This document shows, piece by piece, positions 28,469 to 38,544 of a stretch of 64,000 nucleotides of DNA; the first letter of the stretch is position 1; the number at the start of each line of letters is the position of its first letter. Position numbers and translations under genes: made by a program. The notes below the pieces were generated by a model. That model was not told where the DNA came from. It made no database searches and worked only from the letters and a program-made list of their open reading frames with translations. This DNA comes from an uncultured Collinsella sp. (GTDB lineage Bacteria > Actinomycetota > Coriobacteriia > Coriobacteriales > Coriobacteriaceae), in assembly GCA_902497065.1 (NCBI GenBank), contig CABVDH010000006.1, positions 26,901 to 90,900 on the forward strand. The letters run 5' to 3'.

Positions 28469-29560
28469 ATGCAAACAAACCCTTTTAAGCCCACAGCAGG
28501 TAAAACACCTCCCACGATTATCGGCCGCGAAGATGTACTTGAAGAATTCAGTGAAGGCCTCACCAACGGGCCTGGTGCCCCTGGGCGCCTAATGCGCATA
28601 GCCGGCGTCCGTGGAACGGGCAAGACGGTCCTCCTTGACGAGTACTCACGTTTGGCGCAAAGCCGTGGCTGGACGGTCATAAAAGAGGTCGCAACCGAGG
28701 GACTTTGCCAGCGCATTCTCGAACAGCTGCAGCCCAAATTCCAGGCCAAACACGCCAGATTTGAGCCCACCGTAGCTGGCATATCCATCGGCAGCATAGA
28801 TATTGAGCGAATCGGCCCATCGCTACGCGACGCCATGAGACAGACAATAACCAAGAATGGAAATGGCCTGCTCATCACTCTCGACGAGGTTCAAGACGCA
28901 GAGCTCGATGAGGTCCGAACGCTCTCCATTGCGATTCAGCAGGTTATCGGCGAAGACCTTGATATCGCCTTTGTTTTTGCTGGGCTGCCTTCGATGATTG
29001 AAAGCATCATCAACGGAAAGACACTTACGTTTTTGCGCCGTGCCCTCCCCTTTGATCTGAAGGCTGTGGCAGTAACCGAAGTGTCGTACTCCCTCGAGGA
29101 AACCATTGAAGCGTCTGGCATGGAGTTGCAGCCAGGTATTGCCGGCCAGCTTGCCGAGGCAACGCAAGGCTATCCTTTCATGATCCAACTCGTTGGATAC
29201 TACGCATGGCAGTTGGCAAGACGCGCACATACAGCGATTATTGGAGAAGAAGAAGCCGAGCGTGGCATTACAACGGCACGCGAACGCTTCTGCGCCATGG
29301 TGATTGAGCCCGCGCTGCAGCGCATTCCGCCCACGTGCATCGCTTATCTGCTGAGCATGGCATCTTTGGGGCAGACGAGCTCGACCAGCATGGTTGCCGA
29401 TGCCCTAAACAAGACGCCTCAACAGGTGAGCTCCGTCCGCAGCCGCCTGTTAAGAGAATCGATTATCGAGGCTCCTTCGTACGGCAAGGTCTCATTTGCC
29501 ATCCCCTACATGCGCGACTACCTCTACGAGCACAAAGCCGAACTGGAAGTTGAACTGTAG
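28469..29560 (+). CDS. AAA+ ATP-binding protein with C-terminal winged helix
   Basis: NPF..G..P..IGRE, Walker A GVRGTGKT, Walker B LITLDEVQ, GYPFMIQ, C-terminal HTH-like segment RSRLL..II..YGKVSF. Confidence 0.82.
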   Translation: MQTNPFKPTAGKTPPTIIGREDVLEEFSEGLTNGPGAPGRLMRIAGVRGTGKTVLLDEYSRLAQSRGWTVIKEVATEGLCQRILEQLQPKFQAKHARFEPTVAGISIGSIDIERIGPSLRDAMRQTITKNGNGLLITLDEVQDAELDEVRTLSIAIQQVIGEDLDIAFVFAGLPSMIESIINGKTLTFLRRALPFDLKAVAVTEVSYSLEETIEASGMELQPGIAGQLAEATQGYPFMIQLVGYYAWQLARRAHTAIIGEEEAERGITTARERFCAMVIEPALQRIPPTCIAYLLSMASLGQTSSTSMVADALNKTPQQVSSVRSRLLRESIIEAPSYGKVSFAIPYMRDYLYEHKAELEVEL

Positions 29561-30063
29561 AAGCGGTAACTGCCCTGCAAGACGAAAACCGTTTTCGTGC
29601 GGATTTATAGCAGACGCAAACGGTTTACGTCTTGATTTGCGTCCGGAATAAGGATAGAAATTGCGCTTTCGTACGTTTTTTCGCTAGACGCAACGTGCTT
29701 TCGTCCGACGATACGTCCCCAATCTAGACGAAAAGAGCCCCGAGCTCGTATTGAACTGCCTCCCATTTCTTGGACGGGCGCCGATGCCCTGATCTCTGCC
29801 ATGTCGAGGTGCGAGATCAAATCCTTGGCGCGCTCGCCGGAGTGGTATGCCTTGTTCGGCGCCACCTTCCTGTAGAGCTTCTTGAGCTTCGTCTTCCCCT
29901 TGTTGCCCGGCGGCATCTCCGTCTCAGGTGGCAGCCCTAGGAAGGACAGGACGCCGGGCAGGTCGCACAGCATCACGTCCTCGATGTCGGCCTTGGCCGC
30001 CAGGTCGACGACTCTCTGCGCTGTCGGCGAGATGTTCGGGGTGCTGCTACCGCCCGCTGGTTC

Positions 30064-30994
30064 GGAAGCTGGCGGGCAGTAGCGGCAGTAGCGGTGTGGC
30101 TCGATAGGCCCGAATATCCGTAAGGAAGGTGCTCGCTCTCATATGTGCTGATATGCCTCGCCTCGCGAACCTTGAGATGCTTCCTGAGGTAATCCCTCAA
30201 TTCGAGCCACTCTTTATGCTCATAACGCTTCGAAATCGTTTCCCCGTCGACAGTTTCCTTCACATAATGGTATGTTCGAACGCCTTCGAACTTGCCGAAC
30301 CCGTTCTCGACGCTGAAGTTTCTGAACCAGCGCGAAAACCCATTCAGGTCCATGAAGTTGACTTGGGGATGCCTGTCTTTCGTTCGTTCGAATGAGTGGA
30401 CGAGCGGAGTGCCTTTGACTTGTTCCAGGCCGAAGGCTTCCATTTCGCGGGCCTGCTCCTTTTTCCAGAATTCGAGATACGACGTCAGCGTCTCGCTTAT
30501 CGAGATCCTCCGCACGCTTTTCTTGCTTATGGGCGAGCGAACGCTTCGATCGGCCGCGAACTGCTGCTCAATGAGGATGCTTCTGTTCTCGACGGAGACA
30601 TCGGACCACGTCATCCCGAGGGCTTCTGCCCTTCTCATGTCGGTGTCGAGCATGAGCATCACGCATGTGATGTGCGCGTCCGGTTCTCGATTGAGTAGGA
30701 TGTCGAGTAGGCGAGCGGCGTGATGATTCCTTCGCGGTTGTCGTGGAACTTTTTTGCGTATGAGCCGACGGTGTCCCTCGATTTTTGGACGTAGGTGCCG
30801 CTGTTGAGTTCTGCCTTGTAGGCTTCGAGTGCGGCGTCGACCTCTCGGCTTTTGGTGGTATGTATGGTCTGCCACGGCGAATAGCGGTATTTGCCCGTGA
30901 CCGGATCCTTGCCGAGGCTGTGACGGTAGCGCCACGTGTATTTGTCGCGGCGTTGCTTCGTTCCTTTGCCTATGACGAGAGGTCGGTCGTTCAT
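30064..30994 (-). pseudogene. Tyrosine integrase remnant (frameshift/internal deletion, C-terminus lost)
   Basis: N-terminal arm-binding-like segment (SLGKDPVTGKYR) in one frame; MRRAEALGMTWSDV..SKKSVRRI in another; no HxxR or catalytic Tyr region; left end approximate. Confidence 0.75.
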
Positions 30995-31146
30995 CGTGTT
31001 CCTTGCCTGAAGTGCCTGAGAATCGCGCTCGGTTGCGCGGAATGGCGCAAAGGGCTGGGGCGGGTGGGCATTACCCTTGGTGGTGGGCCCTGCGTGGGGT
31101 CACACCCCAAGGGTAATGCTCCGCCTGACCGCTTTCAAGCTCGTTG

Positions 31147-31247
31147 TGGGTCGAATTTGGGTCGAATTATTCCGCGTACTTTTCTTTCGTAAATCTATGA
31201 AAACATCAAATGACCTGGAGTTATATTGACTTCAATTTGGGTCGAAA
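31147..31247 (+). repeat. Putative integrase arm-type sites
   Basis: TGGGTCGAA at 31147, 31158 and 31238, between the integrase start and the att core. Confidence 0.55.
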
Positions 31248-31275
31248 TGTCTGAATGAAACAACGTCGTAGCGAC

Positions 31276-31320
31276 CTCATAACCCGAAGGTCGGTGGTTC
31301 AAATCCGCCCCCCGCGACCA
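31276..31320 (+). mobile_element. att site: 3' half of initiator-type tRNA-Met (not an intact tRNA)
   Basis: CTCATAACCCGAAGGTCGGTGGTTCAAATCCGCCCCCCGCGACCA; no 5' acceptor strand or D-arm upstream; terminator hairpin 31330-31361 follows. Confidence 0.8.
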
Positions 31321-31327
31321 TGAAACT

Positions 31328-31888
31328 TCAGGTCGGAAGCATAAAAGCTCCCGACCTTTTTCTTTGTCTAGGGGTTTCGGCATCTCTCGTTCTTTGGGTA
31401 CCTCGAGGCGGGCAATCAGATAGATGCTTACGAGTATCATAGGGTCTTTTTACGTCGCGGTCGTGTCTCGTACTGGTGCGCCGCTCTTTGTGGGACGTGT
31501 CACTTTGCCATAGGTTGTCCGGCGGCGGGGCGCAGGTCGTTCCCCGTGGCGTCGCTCCTTTCGACGCTACGCTGCCTGGCCACTCGTTCCACTGGTGCTT
31601 TTTCATGTCGACGCAGCCGTTGTCTCGGAAGGCGACTCCTTCCTCCGTCAGTAGTGCTCGCTGGTCGGGGAAGTTTGGCGCGAGGCGTCCCGCGTGGTTG
31701 ACGACGCGGTGGCAGGGATAATCGCCGTAGCGATCCGCCTCGCTCAGCACCGCTCCGACCAGGCGAGAGTTTTTCTCCCTGCCGATGAGGCGCGCTATCT
31801 GACCGTACGAGGCGACGCATCCCGCCGGAATCTCTGCCACGACGGAGAGAATCTCATAAACCAAATCTTCGTCCAGGACTTTTCCCAT
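31328..31888 (-). CDS. MGMT/ATL family DNA alkylation repair protein with C-terminal run-on
   Basis: EIPAGCVASYGQIA, RLVG, PCHRVV; recognisable domain ends about residue 102. Confidence 0.8.
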   Translation of the reverse strand: MGKVLDEDLVYEILSVVAEIPAGCVASYGQIARLIGREKNSRLVGAVLSEADRYGDYPCHRVVNHAGRLAPNFPDQRALLTEEGVAFRDNGCVDMKKHQWNEWPGSVASKGATPRGTTCAPPPDNLWQSDTSHKERRTSTRHDRDVKRPYDTRKHLSDCPPRGTQRTRDAETPRQRKRSGAFMLPT

Positions 31889-32062
31889 CGTATCGCTCCC
31901 GTGTTCGCTTTTGCCTTCGGGGGCGCGGCGCCGATCACCCGTGCTGCGATTTTCGCAGCTCCCCTTACCGAAGCATCGAGGGAAAGCGCGTGCGTGTCAA
32001 GGTTGTCTGGTCCAGTTGCTGGCTCGATGCCTCGAGATGTTCGCCTCAAGTGCGACCTGCCC

Positions 32063-32569
32063 CTATTGGAAAAGGATGCCGAAGATGTATTTGGTGATGG
32101 CGGAGCGGCGGATGACCCCCACGAGTTTGCCCTCGTCATCAACCACAGGAAGCTTCTTGAACTTCTTCTTCGCCAGCAGCGCGGCGACGCGGGCGATGCT
32201 CTGCTCGGGACGGGCACACACTACCTGGCGCGTCGCGAAATCCATGACGCAGCGATCCTTCAGGTCTTCGATGCGCTGCTCAAGGCTCTGATCGTCGAAG
32301 TACAGCATGGACGCGTCGCCGCCCGTGAAGATGGTGTGAGCGCGATGCTGCGCGATGGCTCCCATGACATCGCCGTCGGAGATGAACCCGACCACCTGGT
32401 TGCGCTCATCGATTACGGGCATGCTGCTCACCTCGTTTTCGGCGAGCATGCGCACCACGTCGGAAATCGTGCAATCCTGCGTGCAGGTGAACGGCTCTTC
32501 AATCATGATGCTCGAAACGGGCGTCCCCTCGAGCTCGAGCGGGATGCGCTCGGACAGAATCTCGGACAT
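32063..32569 (-). CDS. CBS-domain protein
   Basis: SSMPVID..VGFISDGD and KKLPVVD..VGVIRRS. Confidence 0.88.
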   Translation of the reverse strand: MSEILSERIPLELEGTPVSSIMIEEPFTCTQDCTISDVVRMLAENEVSSMPVIDERNQVVGFISDGDVMGAIAQHRAHTIFTGGDASMLYFDDQSLEQRIEDLKDRCVMDFATRQVVCARPEQSIARVAALLAKKKFKKLPVVDDEGKLVGVIRRSAITKYIFGILFQ

Positions 32570-32572
32570 CGC

Positions 32573-34012
32573 TTATGCCTCCTTCGTTTTCGGTGCGGTT
32601 TTCTTGGTGCGCACGCTGAATATGGCGCAGATAAGGGAAACGAGGCCGATTGCCGCGCACACCTTGTAAGCGACGCCCGCGCCCACGGCGGTGGCTACTT
32701 GGATGCTCGCATCGACGCCGGCCGACGCGGTGACGCTTGTCATGACCGTGATGATGAGCGCCGTGCACAAACCGCCGGCGACCTGGCGGCCGGTGTTCGC
32801 GATGGCGTTGCCGTGGGCGATCATGTCATTTTTCAAGGCATTGACACCCCATGTGTTCACCGGCATGTTCGCGAGCGACTGGCCGGCGGACTGCAGCATG
32901 CAGAACAGCGCAACCACCAAGATGGGCGTGTTTACCGTCGAAAGCGAGAGCAGGAACAGGGCGCCGGTCATGAGGGCCAGGCCGACGATCGAGATGGCAC
33001 GCGGACCGAACTTGTCGAACACCACGCCGGAGATAGGGCTGATGATGATGCCCACCGCCGCGGCGGGAAGCATGGCCATGCCGGTTTCGAAGGCCGAAGC
33101 GCCAAGCGAGGTTTGCAGCAGCAACGGCAACAGCGTGTTGGTGACCAGGCATGCGGCGTTGATGAGCGTGACGATGATGGCGGCCACGCGGAACTCGCGC
33201 GTCTTGAGCGTGCCCAGTTGAAGCAGCGGGTCCTCGATTTTGCCCTGGCGTACGACGAACAGCACCAAGCACACGACACCCGCGACGATCGAGCCGAGCA
33301 CCACGGGGTTGCCCCAACCCATCGACGAGGCGCTCGAGAACCCGTAGAGAAGTCCGCCGAAGGCGATGGTGGAGAGGACGACCGAGGGCAGGTCGAGCTT
33401 GGGGTTCTTCAGCTCGCCCACGTTTTTCAGCATGAACACGCCCAGCACCAGCACGAGAATTGCGAGGGGGACGATGGCGCCGATCATGGTGCGCCAGCCG
33501 TACGTGTCGATCACCGCACCGCCTACGACGGGGCCGACCGCGGGACCCGCCGACATGACGATGCCCGCCATGCCCATAGCCGTTCCTCGTTTCTCGACGG
33601 GGAACACCAGCATGGGAACCACCGAGACAAGCGGCATGAGCACGCCTGAGCCCGCCGCTTGCAACACGCGACCGATGATGAGGAACAGGAAATCAGGGGC
33701 TGCGGCGCACAGCAGCGTGCCCAGCGCGAACACCAGCGTCGCCCCGAAGAATAGCGCGCGGGTGCTGAACTTGTCGATAAGGAACGCCGAAACGGGGACC
33801 ATGATGCCGCTCACCAGCGGGTATATGGACATGATCCACTGGGCAGTCGAGGCATCGATGGCGAAATCGGACATGATGACCGGCAGCGCAGGCGACATCA
33901 CCGTTTGGTTCAGTAGCGCCAAGAAGGCACCCAGGACGACGACCGCGACGATGCGGATCTGGGTACCGGTAATGCGCCCATTGGCAGGCGCGACCGTACA
34001 ATTATCAGACAT
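32573..34012 (-). CDS. DHA2 (LmrB/EmrB-like) MFS efflux transporter
   Basis: LNQTVMSPALP, GRVLQAAG, PAVGPVVGG, 14 TM segments. Confidence 0.9.
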   Translation of the reverse strand: MSDNCTVAPANGRITGTQIRIVAVVVLGAFLALLNQTVMSPALPVIMSDFAIDASTAQWIMSIYPLVSGIMVPVSAFLIDKFSTRALFFGATLVFALGTLLCAAAPDFLFLIIGRVLQAAGSGVLMPLVSVVPMLVFPVEKRGTAMGMAGIVMSAGPAVGPVVGGAVIDTYGWRTMIGAIVPLAILVLVLGVFMLKNVGELKNPKLDLPSVVLSTIAFGGLLYGFSSASSMGWGNPVVLGSIVAGVVCLVLFVVRQGKIEDPLLQLGTLKTREFRVAAIIVTLINAACLVTNTLLPLLLQTSLGASAFETGMAMLPAAAVGIIISPISGVVFDKFGPRAISIVGLALMTGALFLLSLSTVNTPILVVALFCMLQSAGQSLANMPVNTWGVNALKNDMIAHGNAIANTGRQVAGGLCTALIITVMTSVTASAGVDASIQVATAVGAGVAYKVCAAIGLVSLICAIFSVRTKKTAPKTKEA

Positions 34013-34532
34013 AAGCTTCCTTCGTATCTATTCGATTCTTCGCCGAAGGCGCGCCGGCCCACGGGCGAAATAACATGCACGTGCTATGCGTGCATCAGAT
34101 ACGACAGGAAGAAAGCGGCTGCTCAGAGCGCACTTGGGGAACAACAGGAGAGGCCCCGTATACCAGGGGCCGCCGAATTGCGATGTATGCTTTGGTCAAA
34201 TCCTTCATAGCGGGGAGGTATTCTAGCAGCCGTCTTCGCCCCTTTCAAGGGATGTAACCCAGACGTTGATTTTCTTCACCGAGGCGCCATCGTTGACGGG
34301 TGGCGTGCTTCTCTATCGCCACACCGCGGGGCGAGGGAACGCCGCGGCGAGCTTGTACATCGGCTATGTGTGCAGCTGCGAGCGTGTCGCCGGCGCGCGC
34401 TGGGCGCCAGTCCGATCCGGCCGACTCTTGCCGACGGTCGGTCGCCGTCCTCCTCCATCTCCGCCTGCTCTGTTTTTGCTCGGCTCCCTTGTCGTATCAT
34501 GGACGGACGAGAATTGAGCGAAGACGGTACGT

Positions 34533-34874
34533 ATGAACATCCAGATATTCGGCACGAAGAAAAGCTTCGATACTAAGAAGGCGCAGCGCTATTTCAAGGA
34601 ACGTCGTGTGAAGTTCCAGTTCATCGACTTGAAGGAAAAGGGGATGAGCAAAGGCGAGCTCGAAAGCGTGGCGCGCGCCGTCGGCGGGATCGACGCTGTG
34701 ATCGATCCAAAGGCGAAAGATGCCGACACGGTTGCGCTCGTACAGTATCTTGCTGCCGACCAGAAGTTCGAAAAGGTGCTCGATAACCAGCAGATTCTTT
34801 GTGAGCCCATCGTTCGCAACGGCCGCCAGGCAACCGTTGGCTACGAGCCTGACGTGTGGAAGGGCTGGGAATAA
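34533..34874 (+). CDS. ArsC/Spx-like (YffB-type) protein
   Basis: IQIFGTKKSFDTKKAQRYFKER..FIDL..PIVRNG..VGY. Confidence 0.8.
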   Translation: MNIQIFGTKKSFDTKKAQRYFKERRVKFQFIDLKEKGMSKGELESVARAVGGIDAVIDPKAKDADTVALVQYLAADQKFEKVLDNQQILCEPIVRNGRQATVGYEPDVWKGWE

Positions 34875-35061
34875 AGCGGCTGGGAATAAAGTGAAGCGCC
34901 CACGCCCGTGGTTTTATCCACGGACGCGGGCGCTTGCGTAAGACGTCTCTTGTCGTTTGAGTGGAACGCCCCGGCGGCGCTGAACAACGCGCCCCGGTGA
35001 CGTGGCTCGGGGCTCTTTGTGCCGCGCATCTATGAGAGGAGATATTTGATGCGCCCGGGCG

Positions 35062-36840
35062 CTACTCCATATAGCCACCCTGAATGGCGGAAACTGCATG
35101 CTCGGTAAAGAACTTGAGCGTGCCGGAGGTATAGCGATTAGCCTTGGGCTTCCAAGCGGCTCGGCGCTCGGCCAGGACGGCGTCGACCTCAGCCGGCTCC
35201 ATCTCCTTGCCGGCGATGCCCACGATAGACAGCGAGCGCTCGGGGATGTTGATCTGGATCAGGTCGCCTTCCTCGATCAGGGCAATCGGGCCGCCCACGG
35301 CAGCCTCGGGCGAAACGTGTCCGATAGCCGGGCCCTTGGAGGCGCCGGAGAAGCGGCCATCGGTGATCAGGGCAATGCTCGCACCCAGCTCGGGATCGCT
35401 GGCGATAGCCTCAGTGGTGTAGAACATCTCGGGCATTCCGGAACCCTTGGGGCCCTCATAGCGAATGATGACGGCATCGCCGGGCTTGACCTCATGCGTC
35501 AGGACGGCGTGAATGGCGTCCTCCTCGCAGTCGAACGGACGGGCCTTGAGCGTAGCCTGGAACATCTCACGCGGAACGACGGTGTGCTTGACGACGGCAC
35601 CCTCGGGGGCAAGGTTGCCGTGAAGGATGGCGATGGAGCCATCGGTACCGAAGGCCTGGTCGAACGGACGGATGATGTCCTCGCGCTTGAGGTTCCACTT
35701 CTCCAGGTAGCGGCCGCACTTCTCGTAGTAGCCGTTGTTCTTAAGGTCCTCGAGGTTCTCGCCGAGAGTCTTGCCGGTGACGGTCATGACGTCGAGATGG
35801 AGCATCGACTTGATCTCCTCCATGATGCGCGGCACGCCGCCCGCATAATAGAAGAACTGCGCCGGCCACTCGCCTGCGGGACGAACGTTGAGCAGGTAGT
35901 GGGCGCCACGGTGCAGGCGATCGAAATCGTCGGCGGACATCTCGATGCCAAACTCGCGGGCGATCGCGGGAATGTGCAGCAGCGAGTTGGTGGAACCGGA
36001 GATGGCGCCGTGGACCATGATGAGGTTCTCGAAGGACTCCTTGGTCACGATGTCGCGGGGGCACAGGTTGTGCTCGGAGAGCCACACGGACTGACGGCCA
36101 GCCTCGCGCGCAAACTCACGCAGATCGGAGCTGGTTGCGGGCAGCAGGGCCGTGCCGGGGAGCATAAGGCCCAGGGCCTCGGCGGTAACCTGCATGGTCG
36201 ACGCGGTGCCCATAAAGGAGCAGGCGCCGCAGCTGGGACATGCGTTGTGCTTGGCAAACTCAAGCTCCTCGCGAGAGATCTCGCCGCGCTCGTAGCGGGC
36301 AGAAATCGCGCCGAGCTGCTCCAGGGTCAGCAGGTCAGGGCCTGCATCCATGACGCCGCCGGTAACGACGATGGAGGGGATGTTGATGCGACCCATGGCC
36401 ATGAGGTTCGCGGGCAGGCCCTTATCGCAGCTGGCAACAAAGACGCCGGCGTCGAACGGGGTGGCCTTGGCATGAATCTCGATCATGTTGGCGATCATGT
36501 CGCGACTGGGCAGCGAGTAGTTAATGCCGTCGTGGCCCTGGGCCTCGCCGTCGCAGATATCGGTGCAGAAGTAACGGGCGCCGTGGCCACCAGCCTCGGC
36601 AACGCCAGCGCGCACCTCCTCGACCAGCTCGAACAGGCCGGCAGAACCCGGGTGCGAATCGCCAAAGGTCGACTCGATGATGACCTGCGGCTTGTCCAGG
36701 TCCTCGATCGTCCAGCCGGAGCCCAGACGCAGCGGGTCCATCTCGGGGCTGATGGTGCGGAACTTGCCGGAACGCGGTTGCAGCTTGGCAACCAGGTCGG
36801 CTGCCTCCTGCTGAATCTGTGCCTTGGTCTTCTCGTCCAT
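35062..36840 (-). CDS. IlvD/Edd family dehydratase, probably acting on a sugar acid
   Basis: DICDG, SCDKGLP, GSTN, YEGPKGSGMPEM, TDGRFSG, GHVSPEA; follows a GntP permease. Confidence 0.88.
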   Translation of the reverse strand: MDEKTKAQIQQEAADLVAKLQPRSGKFRTISPEMDPLRLGSGWTIEDLDKPQVIIESTFGDSHPGSAGLFELVEEVRAGVAEAGGHGARYFCTDICDGEAQGHDGINYSLPSRDMIANMIEIHAKATPFDAGVFVASCDKGLPANLMAMGRINIPSIVVTGGVMDAGPDLLTLEQLGAISARYERGEISREELEFAKHNACPSCGACSFMGTASTMQVTAEALGLMLPGTALLPATSSDLREFAREAGRQSVWLSEHNLCPRDIVTKESFENLIMVHGAISGSTNSLLHIPAIAREFGIEMSADDFDRLHRGAHYLLNVRPAGEWPAQFFYYAGGVPRIMEEIKSMLHLDVMTVTGKTLGENLEDLKNNGYYEKCGRYLEKWNLKREDIIRPFDQAFGTDGSIAILHGNLAPEGAVVKHTVVPREMFQATLKARPFDCEEDAIHAVLTHEVKPGDAVIIRYEGPKGSGMPEMFYTTEAIASDPELGASIALITDGRFSGASKGPAIGHVSPEAAVGGPIALIEEGDLIQINIPERSLSIVGIAGKEMEPAEVDAVLAERRAAWKPKANRYTSGTLKFFTEHAVSAIQGGYME

Positions 36841-36948
36841 GATGCTCTCCTCTTTTGAATTGAACGGTTGTACCAATCGTTGGTTAATGAATCAGGTGTA
36901 AATGGGTACCGAGCGATGCACTCGGTGAAAGATGCTTAGCTACGCGAA

Positions 36949-38310
36949 CTAGGCGAAGAACGAAATCACCAGGGCGCAGGCAAGACCCGAAAGGCCGATG
37001 AGCGTCTCCATAACGGTCCAGGACTTGAGGGTTGTCTTCTCGTCAATCTCCAGGAACGAGGAGCACATCCAAAAACCGGCATCGTTGACGTGCGAGAGGG
37101 CCGTGGCACCGCCGCAGATAGCAAGACAGATAGCGGCACGCATGAGCACCGAGGCTCCTGCAACCGCGGGCATGGCGGCCATAATGCCCGATGCCATGGT
37201 CATAGCGACGATGGAGCTGCCGACAGAGGCACGCACCATGACGGCAATCAAAAAGGCAACGACCACCAAAGGCAGCGGAGAAGCCTCGAGCATGGGGCCA
37301 ATAACCTGACCTAGGCCGCAGTCCTGCAGCATCCAACGCATGACGCCACCGCAAGCGATAACCAGCAAGATCATGCCGACGGGCTTAAGAGAGCGGTCGA
37401 GCAAGGCCTTGAGCTCGGCGCCGGAGTAGCCGCGGCGCGCGCCCAGCAGATACATCGCAACGAGCGTGGCAAGCGTCAAGGCGACGAACGGCTTGCCCAG
37501 GAAGGCAAGGATTGAGGCGACCTGCCCGGGCATGGAGATGTAAGAAGACAGCGTACCAAGCAGAATTAGGCAAAGCGGCGTGAGCACGATCGCGAGGACC
37601 ATGCCAAAGGAGGGAAGCTCCTTGTCGTCACTTGCCCCCTCGGCGGAAGTGAAATGCTCGGGAACGTCTGTAAAGATGCGACCGCCCACGTTGCGGCCCC
37701 AGATGACGCCGGCGATCGCCATGGCGATGAAGGCGGTGGGGATACCGACGAGGATCATGGTGCCCAGGTCGACACCGAGCGTGCCGGCGACCAGAACCGA
37801 CCCGGCCGATGGCGGCACAAACGCATAGCCGGCGGCAAGTCCCGCGAGCAGCGCGATGCCATAGTAGAGCGTCGACTTTTTGGTCTGCGATGCCACGCTA
37901 AACGCAAGCGGAATCAAAACGACCACGCCGGCCTCAAAGAACACCGTAGTGCCGATAACCAGACCGGTAATGCCCAGCGCCCAGCTGGAATGACCCTGCC
38001 CAAAGGTATCGATGAAGGTCTGGGCGATCTTCTTGGCGCCGCCGCTCTCCTCAAGAATCTGGCCAAACATCGAGCCGAGGCCAATGAGCAGGGCGATGTT
38101 TTGCAGCGTGGTTCCCACGCCCTTGGTGACAGTGTCCGCCACCAGGTCGAGCGGCATACCGGCGCCGATGCCGATCGCGAGCGCCGAGACCATCATCGAA
38201 AGCACAGGATGCAGCCTGAACTTAATGATGAGCGCAAGCAGCAGCGCGATGCCCACGATAGCGGCGATGACCAGCCTGGTGGGATCAGCCATAAACGTTG
38301 GGTCTGACAT
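36949..38310 (-). CDS. GntP family sugar-acid permease
   Basis: ESGGAKKIA, TVFFEAG, FVPP, SHVNDAGFW, TLKSWTV. Confidence 0.92.
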   Translation of the reverse strand: MSDPTFMADPTRLVIAAIVGIALLLALIIKFRLHPVLSMMVSALAIGIGAGMPLDLVADTVTKGVGTTLQNIALLIGLGSMFGQILEESGGAKKIAQTFIDTFGQGHSSWALGITGLVIGTTVFFEAGVVVLIPLAFSVASQTKKSTLYYGIALLAGLAAGYAFVPPSAGSVLVAGTLGVDLGTMILVGIPTAFIAMAIAGVIWGRNVGGRIFTDVPEHFTSAEGASDDKELPSFGMVLAIVLTPLCLILLGTLSSYISMPGQVASILAFLGKPFVALTLATLVAMYLLGARRGYSGAELKALLDRSLKPVGMILLVIACGGVMRWMLQDCGLGQVIGPMLEASPLPLVVVAFLIAVMVRASVGSSIVAMTMASGIMAAMPAVAGASVLMRAAICLAICGGATALSHVNDAGFWMCSSFLEIDEKTTLKSWTVMETLIGLSGLACALVISFFA

Positions 38311-38321
38311 CTTTCCTCCAA

Positions 38322-38419
38322 TTCATCAGACCTTTTGAATTCGTCTGATGACTATAGCGTATTTTGGAAAGGTCTGATGTTTCATTTTGAAATTTGTTCG
38401 AAATACATCTGATGTATTT
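38322..38419. promoter_or_regulatory. Probable FadR/GntR operator cluster
   Basis: Palindrome AAATACATC-T-GATGTATTT (38401-38419) plus TCTGATG/CATCAGA repeats near 38324, 38344 and 38373. Confidence 0.6.
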
Positions 38420-38544
38420 GGTAAACGGTCGTATTTGCGCTGCGAACGGTATATCTAAGCCGCCCGACTCAAATCCAGCGGCCAATATCGTATCCGTGGT
38501 GCGCTAAAATAGCTCAGATGAATTTTGTAATGAAAGGTATAGCT

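Noticed and set aside
29605..30060. Functional gene (123-aa ORF)
   Set aside because: Appears to be an internal fragment cut by the IS-like end and the integrase remnant; no credible start or family assignment
31244..31320. Intact tRNA-Met
   Set aside because: Only anticodon loop to CCA is present; upstream bases cannot form the acceptor stem or D-arm, so it is treated as an att fragment
34013..34532. Riboswitch or ncRNA upstream of the DHA2 transporter
   Set aside because: Only a short dyad (ATGCAC..GTGCAT near 34075-34095) and no recognisable RNA consensus
35062..36840. ilvD gene symbol
   Set aside because: Context (GntP, FadR, kdgK/eda) favours a sugar-acid dehydratase; no ilv genes nearby
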